Below are positions 1-13,100 of a DNA stretch of 64,000 nucleotides, one piece after another. Each line of letters begins with the position of its first letter. The stretch's first letter is position 1. The notes under the pieces were generated by a model that ran no database searches, had not been told where the DNA came from, and saw only the letters and a list, made by a program, of their open reading frames with translations. Origin of the DNA: Nymphaea colorata. Taxonomy: Eukaryota. The stretch lies in contig NC_045138.2 in NCBI RefSeq assembly GCF_008831285.2, forward strand, positions 13,206,001 to 13,270,000, given 5' to 3'. Both the position numbers and the translations under genes were made by a program.

Positions 1-1718
1 TGTCTATCCAATCTCTATAAGTTGGAGTCTTGGAAAGGTTATGATATGGAGAAAACTGGAAAGAGGAAAGGCAAAACTGTTAAGGGAGATTAGCTATTCC
101 AACTTCAAAACTAAAAGGACATTAATTTTTTTTTTTTGAAAAAAAAAGAGCATATTCGATAATAATACTAGAAAATTAGATTTTAAAGATGCAGTGAGCA
201 GATTCAGTTGACCAATAACACACATGAGAAATTAAAGAAGAAATCATTGTATTGTTTGCCAGGAAAAGAAAGGCATATATTTAAGGCCGAGAGGTATTGT
301 TTCTCACGTCTCAAGAAAATCTGTTGAAGCTTGAATTTGTTCATTTTCATACTTTCAGAGAAAAGGGATCCTTTCATCGTCTCAGTGCAGATTCACATAT
401 GCATACCCTTCATTTTAACATTTATTGGAGTAGGCACCAAGCCCATTTCGCTTGATGTCAAAATGCGGAGAAACGTGCATATTTGATTACCTACACACAC
501 ACGCGCAAAAGGAATGCAAATGTAAGTTTTCAGTTTTGTCTATACATAAAGAATTCAAGTATAAATATGCACATACCCACCAATTTTTTGAAAAGAACGC
601 TGCTTTTTTCGTGCCTGGGCCTAATCCAATATCAGGCTCAGTCCATGGCCTGCTCAACTCAACTACTTCTCTGCTGCTCGTCTTTTTGTTTCCCGCCGCG
701 GAAAGTTCAGCATTGGTTCGCCTTGCTAATGAAAGAGTCATACCGTCCTTAGCCTAGACATGAGAGGGGTTGTACTTTACCTTTCAGAACGAAATCCCCC
801 AATTTTGGGGGATCTGCAGAGTGTTCAATCAAAAGAATGAAATTTCTCCCTTGTTCCCTTTCCCTCGGAACAAGAGAAACAAAAGTCGACACAGAGACAA
901 GTCATGCAGGTGACAAGTATATGCGGATAGATGGGGAAAAATATGTGGATCAAGCACATGCCAATTTCAATACCTCAAAATTTGTTGTCCCAATAAATTG
1001 AATTGAATTTTAGTGACTGTGGATGTTAGGGGAGCACAACAGCGGTTTTCCAGAGATGCTTCTTCCATCATGTTCCCTTCCTGCTGTTATTTGCTACAGA
1101 ACAACTGTCACCTTGCTCTTTCGACCAGCTGTGGTCGGGCATGCGCACGAGTTGGCATACTCTTCCTTGCGGCTTTAAGATACGGTAGAGGGTCGCCGTA
1201 TTTTGTATTCCGTATTTCTAAGCAATATGATGAAAATACTTTTCATACTGTTACCAGAACGATCTACAATGCCAAAACACAAAAATATATAATCACACAA
1301 ACCCTGTTAGTAGTGGCAGAAGGAAGTCTTCTCCTTAAAATTAAACGGACTAACAGAAACGTCCAAGCTTGAGTTGCTTTGGCGTATGAATCCAAATAGC
1401 AGGTACGAACGAGTCTCCTCAAATGCAAAGGGTGGCTGTATGATTAACAGCATCATGCATTCCACGACCATTTAAATGTGTCATGCTGGTAAGACGGATT
1501 ACAATGTTTCAGCTGTTCGGCAGAGGAGGAACATCGGCAACCCAGATCATTATCTGCATCAATGATAATAGGCATGAAGGGAGAAATAACAAAACGACAT
1601 CATTTTGGTAAAAAGTAAAATCCATCGGTTTCGTAACTGAACCCTATCCATATATAAGCGTGTGCCCTTAATGTAATGGTAACAAGAGAGCATTCCCCGT
1701 GGCTGTACACCCTGAAGC

Positions 1719-1742
1719 CTCTCTCTCTCTCTCTCTCTCTCT
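1719..1742. repeat. (CT)n microsatellite
   Basis: About 12 CT units. Confidence 0.9.
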
Positions 1743-4274
1743 TTACTTGTAGCCCAGCTGAACTTGGGATATCTTTCTTGTGCATGTCTTTTTGTCTCGT
1801 GTGTTCTTAATTTTGTGTCCTTTATTTGATCAACAATACGCAGGAAATCAAAGGCACGTTAATTCGTGATCACTTACACGCATGTTATGGAGGTATAGTT
1901 TTTCTTTTTTAAAGTAATTAAACGTGTGATCTAGATGCCAATTTGTGGCATAATATTTATAAGAGAAAATAAAATACAAGAGTGGAATTGATTCATAAGG
2001 CGGGGTGGAGTGGCCAGGTTGAAGAAATAGGAGAGACAGCAGCCGCATGAATAAATATGTGATGACCTTGTGAAGGGCAAAGCTCATAGGGAGCCCTGAC
2101 AAATCATTTTACAGCCTAAATTACAGGATGGTCAGATACACAAGGAACGACTGTTTCCGTAAGCTCTGTTTGATGCACATGAGAATTTTATCCCGTTCCT
2201 ACAGTTTTCTCCTGTTTTGTCAAACACGGTGGATTGTACCGTGTTTTTCATTGAATTTTTTTTTTTTTTTTAAAAAAAAAAAAAATCTCCTGCCAAAAAG
2301 TAAGATTTGTCTAGGTCTGATTTTTTCCACGATAATCTTTTCTTGAAAATTTTACCGTCCTGGACATCAAAGGTCACCTAAACTAATCGTCAAGTCAAAT
2401 ATATGTTAAACTCGCGGAGATCTAGTCGCATCATCGGGTGCGTCACCGCAGAGCAAATACAATGTGCAGAGCATGTTGTCAAGTATCAAACAATTTTTTT
2501 CTTTCAGGCCCCATGAATACTTGAATATGATCAGCAAATGATCATGAAACGACGCAGTTGACGAACTGAGAAAAAACCTCATTTGATGGACGATCGACTG
2601 TGAAGGTTGACCAAGTGGGTTGTGAGCTGTGATGGCGGCTACGTGTTGGTCTAAATGATCAGAGAACACGAGAGATCCAAATGATCGAGGAAATTGAGTA
2701 GGCACTCTCCCACTCGCAAGTTGAATGACCAGCGAGCGAGAGGCTCCAGCACACACACAGCTCGGAAATGTCTCATGGCAAGCTTGCCAAGTTCGCCACT
2801 TGGTCTTATTCATTTTGCTATTTCAAAAGCAAATGCACTCCTACAACCCCGTCTGATAATACCTAATTCTTTGAATCAATAGAAACGAAATTGATTGAGT
2901 TTTCTTAATGTTTTTGCATGCGACACACTAAATTGCAATAATGTTTGCATTCGACAAGCTAAATTGCAATAATTCATGGTGGATGAACTTATTGTGACTT
3001 CCTTTATGTTATTTTGACTTTTTTTAATCATATAAGTGAAATTAAGCCAGTTTGCAAAGTTTTTATGTTTAAAAGACAAGTTATCTATATAAAGTTAACA
3101 TAAACCAGTCCGAGTTGACCCATCGAGTCACGAACAGCCGAGTCAAGTCCCAAGACACTGAGTTTTCAAACATTGATTCAGACTACATAATGGCCCAATC
3201 GTTCGGGGAAGTATTAAGCAATGACCCCGGTGAGTTACGCTTTCAACTTCAATGATGGAGGGACTGGTCTTAGTCGATGGAACTTTTAAATTGATTTTTT
3301 TTCTTGATCTTTATATGGGTTAATGTCGGACATAATTATTTTGTATTCATATACATACGTGGAAATGAATGATTATAAAATTTAGAAGATTTGAATTCGA
3401 AATTATTGGTAATGAATTAGATTTCCAATCCAATTATATTCTGAACATCTTGAAAAATATTTTTAAGATATGAATCATGTTAATTAGGTGCACTATGAAT
3501 TTGACTTTGGGTTGAAATTAGTATTTCACTATTAAGCACACTCTGATGCACATTGCACGCGAATATTTGGATTGTTTTGGGAATGAGTTCAAATAGATTC
3601 AAGACATGTAAATATGTAATATTGCTTACAGGCATCATTAAAATATAAATTCACTCTTTCTTATCCAAACTTAAATTTAACATGAACTATAAAATTTGGT
3701 CCAAATTGGTACACGAGAAAAGAATGATCGCCCAACATAAATGTGGTCTGACGAAGGTCGGTTTGATTTTAATGGAATGCAAAGAGAAAGACAGGGAGTT
3801 ACCTTTTGCAACTCAATTCAAACAGAGAATGTGCATCAGGTTTACGCAACTTCGACCGGCCACTCAAACTAGTGCCGATCTAAAAAAAAGGGAAAACTGA
3901 CGATTATTCCAGAATCCACGTTCAGAATGACAAAGAAGCTATCAACGACTTCCACAAAGGTTTTCCACAATGGTAAGGGATAACGAAGCACAAAGCTAAC
4001 TCAAAACATGGAACACAGAATAAGAATTATAGTGGATGCGTGAGCAAGACAAAGGCAAAGCGCACGAAATTCGAAAAGATCCTCCCGTCTGCAATAAGAA
4101 CGAAAATCACTAACAAGGCAAAAGGGACTCCTCACGCATTGGTGTAAAAGCCCAAATTGGAATACTGCATTAGCATCACCATTATGATCATGATCCCTCG
4201 ATCTCCCTCTCTCTCTCTCACTCTCTCCCCCCCCCCCCCCGAGGATGGTGGCGCACGTCCTTTTCTCCCTTACC

Positions 4275-6655
4275 TCAGCAACTGGTTAAACCCTCGTCCG
4301 CGACGGAAGGAGAGATGGAGTTGCGAGAATCATCCCACTCCTCGCCCAGCGGTGACTGCTCGACGCGTATGTCCTCAATCATCTTGACGACTTCGGCCAT
4401 GGTGGGTCGAGCCTCCGGTTGCGACACCACGCAGGCCAAGGCGATCTGAAGCATGGCCACCAGCTCTTCCTCGATGTTCTTGTACCTTAGCAGTTCGGCA
4501 TCGAACACCTCAGCCGTCCACTCCTCCCGGACGATGGACTGCACCCACTTGGGGAGGTCCACGACCGCCATCCCACCACCCTCCTGCTGCGGAGGAGGGG
4601 TCTTCTGGGCAGGGGCTCTTCCCGTCAGCAGCTCCAGCAGCAGCACCCCAAACGCGTACACGTCCGACTTCTGGGACAGCCTCTTGCTCTCGCTCTGCTC
4701 CGGCGCCTTGTACCCCCCAAGCCTGGCCGTCGCTTGAACGGGGTTCAGAAGCAGTGCCAACCCGAAATCCGACACGCAGGCGATCCCGTTCTTATCCAAC
4801 AGGATGTTGGAAGACTTGACGTTGCCGTGGGGGATCCCCGCCGCCCCATACTCCTCATGGATGCGACCCAACCCACGAGCCGCTCCCAGCGCCAGGCTGA
4901 TCCTCGTCGTCCAGTCCAACGGGGTTCTTCCTGGACCACGATTCCCTGTTTTCCCACATACAATCATGCACATCAAAACAGGCATCTTCCAAGGGATGGA
5001 CGTCAATCAAACAACAGTCCACTGAAAACAAAAACCACCCCAAGAGACGGAGACGACCCAATTACCTAAATAGTAGAAAATTAGAGCAAATTCAGCGGTA
5101 GAGGCGGCGATCTAGGAAAAAATTAAACCAGTTTCCTACAGATTGTGATGTGCAATTATCAGAGGCGGGAGAAACTTGAAAACATCCAAGCACGAGAAGG
5201 GGTGTAGTTAGAAGAGATGAGAAAGAAAGAGGGAAGGTCGTGGGGATTTCTCTTCATGGCAGTCTAGATACGCAAGATTTAATACCATCAACAGCAAAAG
5301 AATAACGAACCAAAGGAAAGGGTGAGGCGTGCCATACCGTGCAAAAGAGAATAGAGAGTCCCATTGGGGAGGTAGTCGTAGATGAGAAGCTTCTCTTCTT
5401 TGGCGTAGTAGTAGGCCTTCAAGCGGACAATATTGGGATGGCGCATTCTCCCTATCATATCCATGTACTGCTCGAACTCCTTTCGGCCGGACGGTTGTGC
5501 CTCTTTGAGCCTCTTCACCGCCACCACTGAGCCATCCTCCAGAATGGCCTTGTACACGGTCCCAAGGCTCCCCTTCCCCAGCATCTCCGCCGACGCCCGC
5601 AGCAGGTCCTCTAGTTCGAAACGCTTCCTCCTCTCGAAGAACACCAGCTTGCTCCTCTCCGACTCTGCAACCTCCGAGGGGGACCGATCGTAGCCCTCAC
5701 CGTTGAACGACTCTACACTCCTGAGGCCCTTCTCTGCCTTGATCTTCCTATTTTCTCTCTTGGAGTGGTACCTCCCGCAGTAGTAGGCCAAAAGCAGCAC
5801 AACCAGCAAGAGCAATACGACCGCATCCCCCACCACGATGCCAACAATGGTTCCCGTGCTCAATCCGCCCCTGGACTTGGGCTTGGCCCCCGAGCCGGGC
5901 ACTGAACTAGGATTCGAAGGCACGACGCTCTGCTGCGACGTCGTCGGCGAAGGCGCCGTGTTACTGAAAGAACAGTGCGGAAAGGGAGGGGCGCGCCCGC
6001 ACAAGCCTGCGTTGCCGGAGAAGGAAGCCAACCCGAACCTGATTTCCAACGCCTCCGGTAGCTCCCCGTAGAACTCATTGTTGGAGAGGTTGAGCTCCTT
6101 GAGGTGGACCAATGTGGTGGAGAGGTCAGGGATGGGACCTCCTAGGACGTTGTTCTGCAACCTGAGCGTGATTAAGCGCGTGAGATTCAGCAACCCGCTC
6201 GGTATCCCGCCGCGAAGATTGTTGTTTGCGAGGTCAATCCGTAGTAAACGGGTTAGCAACGACACGTCGCCGGGGATCTCGCCGGAGAATTCGTTGCTTG
6301 AGAGGTATACGAGCTTGAGGTTGGCACACGCAAGGAGAGGGGCGAGGGAACCGTTCAGACGATTATTGTGTAGGTCGAGGTGGCGGAGTTGGTCCAGGGA
6401 ACGAAGCGAGTCGACGGGGCCTCGGAGGTCGAGGGAAGGGAGGGACAGTGTCGTAACCCTCCCACCCCTGCATCCAACTCCCTCCCACCCGCCCGAGCAG
6501 GCATTCCCGCCGGTCCAGTTGAGCCTGAGGCTGCCGTGGGCGTCCGTCTGCCGCATGAAATCGAGAAGGCTGTCGGTGTCATTGTTCGCGGAGGAGACAA
6601 TGGCCAGGAGAAGGAGAAACAAAAGCACGAGCGACAAGGGAGGAGGAGGTGCCAT
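4275..6655 (-). CDS. PXC1: LRR-III leucine-rich repeat receptor-like kinase, PXC1-like (2 exons, about 662 aa)
   Basis: Exons 6655-5338 and 4945-4275 with a GT-AG intron joining LLHG|NRGPGRTPLDW in frame. The protein has a signal peptide (MAPPPPLSLVLLFLLLLAIVSSA), a W..GNAC..W.GV.C cap, about 5 LRRs, a TM helix (IVGIVVGDAVVLLLLVVLLLAYY) and a kinase (GKGSLGTVYK, VAVKRL, HGNVKSSN, DFG, APE). The C-tail IRVEQSPLGEEWDDSRNSISPS resembles Arabidopsis PXC1 as I recall it. Confidence 0.9.
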
Positions 6656-9600
6656 CAGTGTTCTGCCGGAGAAGGGCTTGGCTTCTTTTTCGTCAGAAAT
6701 AGAAGAGATGAGGGAGGTGCCATGATGAGGGAGCATGCTGCTTCGAATCATTTTGCTCACCACACACTCTCTCTCTCCCTCTCTCTAAGACGCCTGGAAC
6801 AATAATGTCTGGCTTCATTACTCCGTGTTTGTAGAGATGCTGCCTCTTCGCCGGCGTCTGCCGTCTCTCTTTATCTTTTTTTAAAGCTGTGGAGTGAGAA
6901 GGAAAGAACAGCGTCGTCCATCCATCAATGGTTGGTTGTCTGTTTCTCTTCGTTATCGCTTTCTCTGTAAAGCAAAAAAGCAGAGGGGAGAAGAAGCGGC
7001 TCGCTGCAATGATGAAGTGTCCAATTAAAGCCCGAAAGGTTTGGTGTAGTTTGCGGACGCCGGGCAACGCTGTCCGACATTCATGCTATAGGCCATAGTG
7101 ATAGGGAAGGGAGGAAAAGAGCAGGTGCAGCACGTTTACCCATGAGTACGACAGTTTGAAGCTTTGAAAAATGCCAACCATAAAGGGCGGGAGGCGTGGT
7201 ATACGAAGGGGGGACTCGACTCGAGAGTGGGGTATGACTGTCAGGCTCCCCTTCTTGTTTTGTATTTCAAATTCCAGACTTCCCATCAATCCCGGTTTAA
7301 AATGCAATTTAATGCGTTTCAAGTGCGACGGAGAACTCTGCAAGAAATCCGCAAATCGTAAAATATTCTTAAAATGATGTCCGTTTCAAATGCAAGAGGG
7401 AGAGCACATGGCCCTCTACCTAAATGCGGCAAGTTGCAGGCGCGGGAGCCTTTTTTTCCCCCCTTTTTACGAGTTGTTGGCCTCAATCAACTGAAGCTTG
7501 ATAGAGCGTGATGGATTGGTGGTCTTTACGGCACACTCGATTTACAGCACATTCCAAAGTCGGGCGAGCAAAATACATGGAGGAGTATAAAAACAAACAA
7601 AGGTGGCCGTTCCGCGAATGCCGGCCGTCTAATGATAAACAGCACCTTTTCCTAGACTGTTTTCGTAAAAAATGCTCACTATCTATACAGGAACTGAGCA
7701 GCTTTGGCCTGAGATTGAGAGGTTGTTTGATTAGTCGTCTCCTAGATGTTACTGCTAAGCAGCGTTTAGATTACTAAACTTAGTTTAAAATCCAAACCAA
7801 AGAAAAAACTGCACTGACCCATTCGCTGACTTTAACTTGCAATTTACGATACCAATCCAAGGATACGTGACTCCCTTTAACAAAAGGCAACACCTTTCCT
7901 GGATTCTCAATCGAGTGCAGCATGTCACGCGGGAGGACGATGAGGTCCCTCCCACCCTCGCCCCGTCGGGGACTCTGAGTGCATTTGTACTGCTCTGCTC
8001 TCGACCGACGAGCAAGAACCTTCCCTCTCACTCACATTGAAACAAAGTAAATAAGAACAAAACAAACAAGAAAAGGAAAGATATTCCCGCGTCTCCACAA
8101 AAAGGAGGGAAGCGAGGGGGAATCTCGTGCGGCGGTGCCTCCTTCTCTCCGCAAGATACAAAAGAGAGATAACAGGATCCTCGGAGCGAAAGCCACGAAA
8201 CCGGAGAGAGGTCTTGAGTCATGGCAGACTGATCGCTTCAAAGCAGCTAGCTCAGGCAGAGTCGCACAGCTTTTTTATTATCAGGCCCTATTGCTCTCGG
8301 CCGGCGTCTATGCGGAATCAGACGTGCAGGAAGACAGGGCTTACAACCATTTTATTAAAAGATATGCTAAACATTAGTATGCATCACTCAGAGATTGCAC
8401 AAAAAAGAGAAAAATTACATAGAGGTTAGCATAACAATGGTATCAAATCTAGTTGATTGGTAGAATGCCAAGCCTGTCACTAACAGCATTGATATTGACA
8501 CAGTAAGGTTGCAAAACACCTCTACCTTCAAGAGCTCTTTGAAGTCATCACAGCTAAGTCCTGTTGTTAGAAACAATGGAGTTCTTTGTGTCATTTTTGT
8601 CAACCAAAGGTTGCAAAATATCTTCAAGAAGATAAGTTTCATTTTTGTCCTTTGCTGCAGGAAAAGATTTCACACACAGCTTGCTTTCAGCACTGTTTAC
8701 CAACCGAATGCCGAAGGCGACTACTTACTCTCTCTGCCCCTTCTTCTTACTGGATGGTGGATACCAACTGGAGGCAGACATCAGCTTGAAGGGTAGGCGT
8801 CTATTAGGTGGTGCTTTCAGAAAAAAATCAACAATTTAAGCGCCCTTGGTCAAAGGATAGGTGCGCCTGCCTTTCAAGTCAATTGGCGGCAAGCTCCCCC
8901 CATGCACTCTAGGCTGGTTATGGAACGGACATGACGCCGCGTTAGGGCTAAGATGGATCTGCTGTGTAAAGATGATCCGAGTTAGCAAGATCCGTAAAGA
9001 GAGAGCGGAGAGACCAACCCATCCCTCCTTTTCTTTTCAGTCCGTTTCTCGTCCGACACAGAAGCATCAGCCATTTAATAAATTAAGCACAATTCGAGAA
9101 TCTAGAGCAGCGGCTTCCTATGTTTGGTTAGATTAAGTCTTTCCAAGCAAATGAGCGAGTTCCAAAGCACCTTTAGAATCATGATGTTTTTAAGCTATTT
9201 GACTATGTAAATGGTCGATGTTTATTTATGGAGAAGAATCAGTCCTGAAATGTTTTTCTCTTATTTCCTGGAATTGCAAACATTAGTCATTTCTCATGGA
9301 CATCAGCTATTTCAGACCTCAAGAGTTGAATTTTCTTCTAATCACAATAACTTTGCAAAAAGTTAGGCCTACCTAATGAACCATCTCTGGACCTACGCGC
9401 AGCAATCTGTTCTCATCAGCAAAAAAGGTTAATATGCTCCACCAAAGTGATCGATAGAAGCACACTAGCCTTGCCAGAGAGAGTTCTCACTCGGAACTAC
9501 AATTTTTTTAACACGCACACATCAAGGAAGGCGAACAAAGAGTATATTTACCACCTGAAACTGAATACCGTTCCATTTAAGTTTTTATTAGCAAAATGAT

Positions 9601-10175
9601 TTAAGAGAGATTTGGAGCAACTTCTCGAGCAGAATGCCACCAATTACAAGCTTTTTACATCGTTGACAGAAAACTGCCCACTTTAAGGGCCACACCATCC
9701 GTACTCCTTGAGCAAGTCACCGGCGTCTGACTCGAGCTGTTAACCGTACAGCAAGGTAAATGCCTTCGATGGACATGTGTTAGGTACATACAAAGAATGG
9801 GCGTTCGGCTATGTACAAATTACAGGTATTGCAGAGGAGACAACTTCAAGATGGATCAAGGTTGCCGCCGCTCCTAAAACAATAACCAACTTTTGTTTAT
9901 ATATATATGGATCAAGGAGTGGGGATGAACCCATCGTCCGATGCATGTGTCCGATCTTATCTCGTCCAAGCTACCCTCGTTCTGGGTGCTGACAAGGGCA
10001 GCAGCAACCAATACCAAGATAATCTCGTCTATCATAACCTGATGGATGACATGGACACGAGTCTCCAGTTACAGATTTTCCTGAACCATCTTCGATTCCA
10101 TTTCCATCCATGCGGACTTCCACAGGTTCTGCCACAAACGGTACTGAAAAAGGCATCTTCACAGCAACAACTGAT

Positions 10176-13100
10176 TTACGACTCTGCATCAAAATAGCGA
10201 TCATAAATTGAGAGCTGGTCAAGTGCATCAAAATTTGCCTTTAAACCAACGAACTGGCTTCCCAGCTGTGCACAGCCAGCATCTGGCCATCTGCAACCTT
10301 CAGGAGTCCTGAATGGGCATAAATTTTCACATGCCTGCTTGAAAAAATCGATAGCTGAATCCTTGTCATCCATAATTGACCCAGCGACAGAGAGATCAAT
10401 AGAAGTCTCGGTCAGCTTCTCGCTACCATCTGATTCTTTTGGGGATGAGCGGATGGCTCTTTGCCTTACTTCCCGCTCAAGGCTTGCCATGCTCAATGTA
10501 CAGTCACCATTGCTTGAGAACTGCACCTTGCATCCAAGAGATTGCATTGCCCGCTTTATGGCAAGATTCTCCCTGCAGATCTGCGCTGTATAATTCATTG
10601 CTGAGCTCCTGAGCTGTTTTTCCTTCATCAATTCTGTTGTCAGTGCTTCCATGTTCAGTGTGACACCTTTTGCCTTCTCTTCCGCCTGTTCTTTGGCCTG
10701 CACAATCCAAAAGACATGATTATAACACATTCTCAACGCAAAGAACTGCCCGACTTTTTTCTACTGATTTTACACCTCCAATATGTAAGGAAATTATGAT
10801 TGATACCAAAACCAACAGACTGAGCACTATAGCAGTACAAGTCATGCTCTTGAAATGCCTAATTCTTGCACTGAGACAGTGTGGAACCGAATAAACAGTC
10901 CCATGCAAGAAGATCTGCCAGTCCTACACAAAGCTTGATCCAGTTCAACGGGAGAAACTTTCTTTAGAACAAGCCAATATAAAATGGCTCAAACTTCAAC
11001 ACCCATGTTCTGTTAAATTTTCATTCAAATAGGACCTCGTGTTTGTCGCCCTACTCAAGTAAGTTTGAGGAAAACGTGATTGAATCTCATAAACAGCCTA
11101 CTAAGGAAATGTCTTGTGAAGGTCTAGCTGTCAAATGAAACCAATAAAGACGGGATTAAGAAGAAACTCAAGCTTCCAGGCAACTCGGAACAACATGAAG
11201 GATACCTTTTGAATTTGTGTAAATCTCTGTGCCATGTTGCGGTAATGAGCGTCAATTTCCCCAGCCTGTGATTCTTGTGGACATGCCCAACGCAAATGAA
11301 ACTGTGGCCAAAGAGTAGGAGCTAATGCTGCTGCAGGGGGCAATAGCGGGCCGTCATTCCCCATTCTATCATAGAAGAGATTATAATGTGCATGAAAGCA
11401 TCCTTCGGACATGCGTAAATCTTTTAAATAAACCCACATGCATCCACTGGCATCAACAACTCCAGATTGTTGTCGTTCCTTCTCACTGTCACATACCACA
11501 ATAAAATCAGACTTTGGATTACGCAATAAATTATGAATCGTCCATTTTAGGTACAATAATATTTCACATAAAGGGAATATCTCGCCAAACTAACATCATC
11601 CACCCATATAGCGCTTGTACCACACCCCCATTCCTAATAGAAACAGTCTCCTACTAATAAATATTCTTAGAGAAGGTCAAATCTAAAATATGTTGGAATA
11701 AAATAAAAAACATTGTTCCTCTAAGAATGCTTTCCCAGAATTGGAAGCTGAACAGGAAACAGGAAAAATTTGAAAACATTTGAGTGTGTGTGACAAAAAT
11801 ATGGCTTCATAAACGATGATGAAGTCTGTCAAGACAAAAGAACACAAAATCATACATTGGCAAACAAACATGGAAACATACACTGCAACTCTTTCAAAAA
11901 ACTGCAACTCTTTAGTGTACTGATCCTTTTGCTAAAAAGTTAAAAATATACTTTGGAATGTTTGTCCACCAATATATCATTGTATATTTATTTCTATTAT
12001 TGCAACAATGTCATGCACCGACTTATTTGACTTCCATAGATACTGAACAGTCTATAATAAAAACACAGAATCATAGATGACATGTTGATAAAGCTCCACT
12101 GAAGATCCATGTGTCTTCTAAATTACAAGCGTCCTTTAAATTACAAACACATTTTAAATATTGTGCCCCAATAATGTGTTGAATCCATGCAGGCTGACCA
12201 TAAAAAAGAGAACATGTGTGGCCCTTAAGAACCATACTCTATTAAAAACATACAAACAGAAACAACTAACTACTGCACCAATGCAAAAAATGTAATAAGG
12301 AGAAAACATGAAGCTTCTGAAAAAGTTTATTTACTGAAAGAAAATCACCTGTTGCACAAAAAGTTTCCAAAACGACAGGAAAGCATGCAATCGAGGAAAT
12401 CAACTAGGAAAACCTGATCCACATAGTACACAAAAAACAGTAAGTTAATCCTGGAAAATGAAAAAAGGAAAGATATGCAGTGAAAGTTAGGAAAGCAACA
12501 CAATTAAGGTTAATAGATCAACCAAACTACTTACCAATGAGAATTCAAAAGCACAAGGGTACATTCGAAGCAACTGGGATATACAATCAATCCACTGCAA
12601 GATCATACAGATTCATCAAAGAAATAAAAAGTACCCACTTACAAATAAGCTCAAATTGTATAAACATCCCCATTCACCATGGAAGGAAAGAAAGGCGGGA
12701 GCAAGAACAAATCTACTCGCTACATCCATAGTCTTTTGCCACACGAATGCTCCACATACTCTTCTGCACCCATTTCCGTGTGCAGTTCTTATTCAAGAAT
12801 TTCACAAAGCAGCCACATCTTACATCCCAGTTGACAAATATCAACACTAATTTGAAGGTGTCAAGTAACAGGGCCATTATCATTGAGTGAACTCTTGTAA
12901 CTTAGTTATTATCTCTATAAGTATATTGGCCATATGTAGGAAAAGTCTTGTATTTTTCAGCTTAAGTTTTTCTGATCACACTTGTACTGTCCGGCTATAT
13001 CTATGCCACACAGCCTGCTTACAGATGAAGTGACTAGAATCAAATCAAGTGTACAATAAGTGACCAAAACAATACGTAAATGCAGGGCCTGCCACATCAC

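Noticed and set aside
6656..6763. 36-aa N-terminal extension of the PXC1-like ORF
   Set aside because: The signal peptide begins at MAPPPP (6655); the extension would bury it and is more likely 5' UTR.
4453..6805. Several long plus-strand ORFs opposite the receptor kinase
   Set aside because: These are antisense frames of a GC-rich coding sequence and show no independent motifs.
9971..10231. Cys-rich 86-aa ORF overlapping the myotubularin stop
   Set aside because: It lies in the expected 3' UTR, matches no family I know and has no supporting splice structure.
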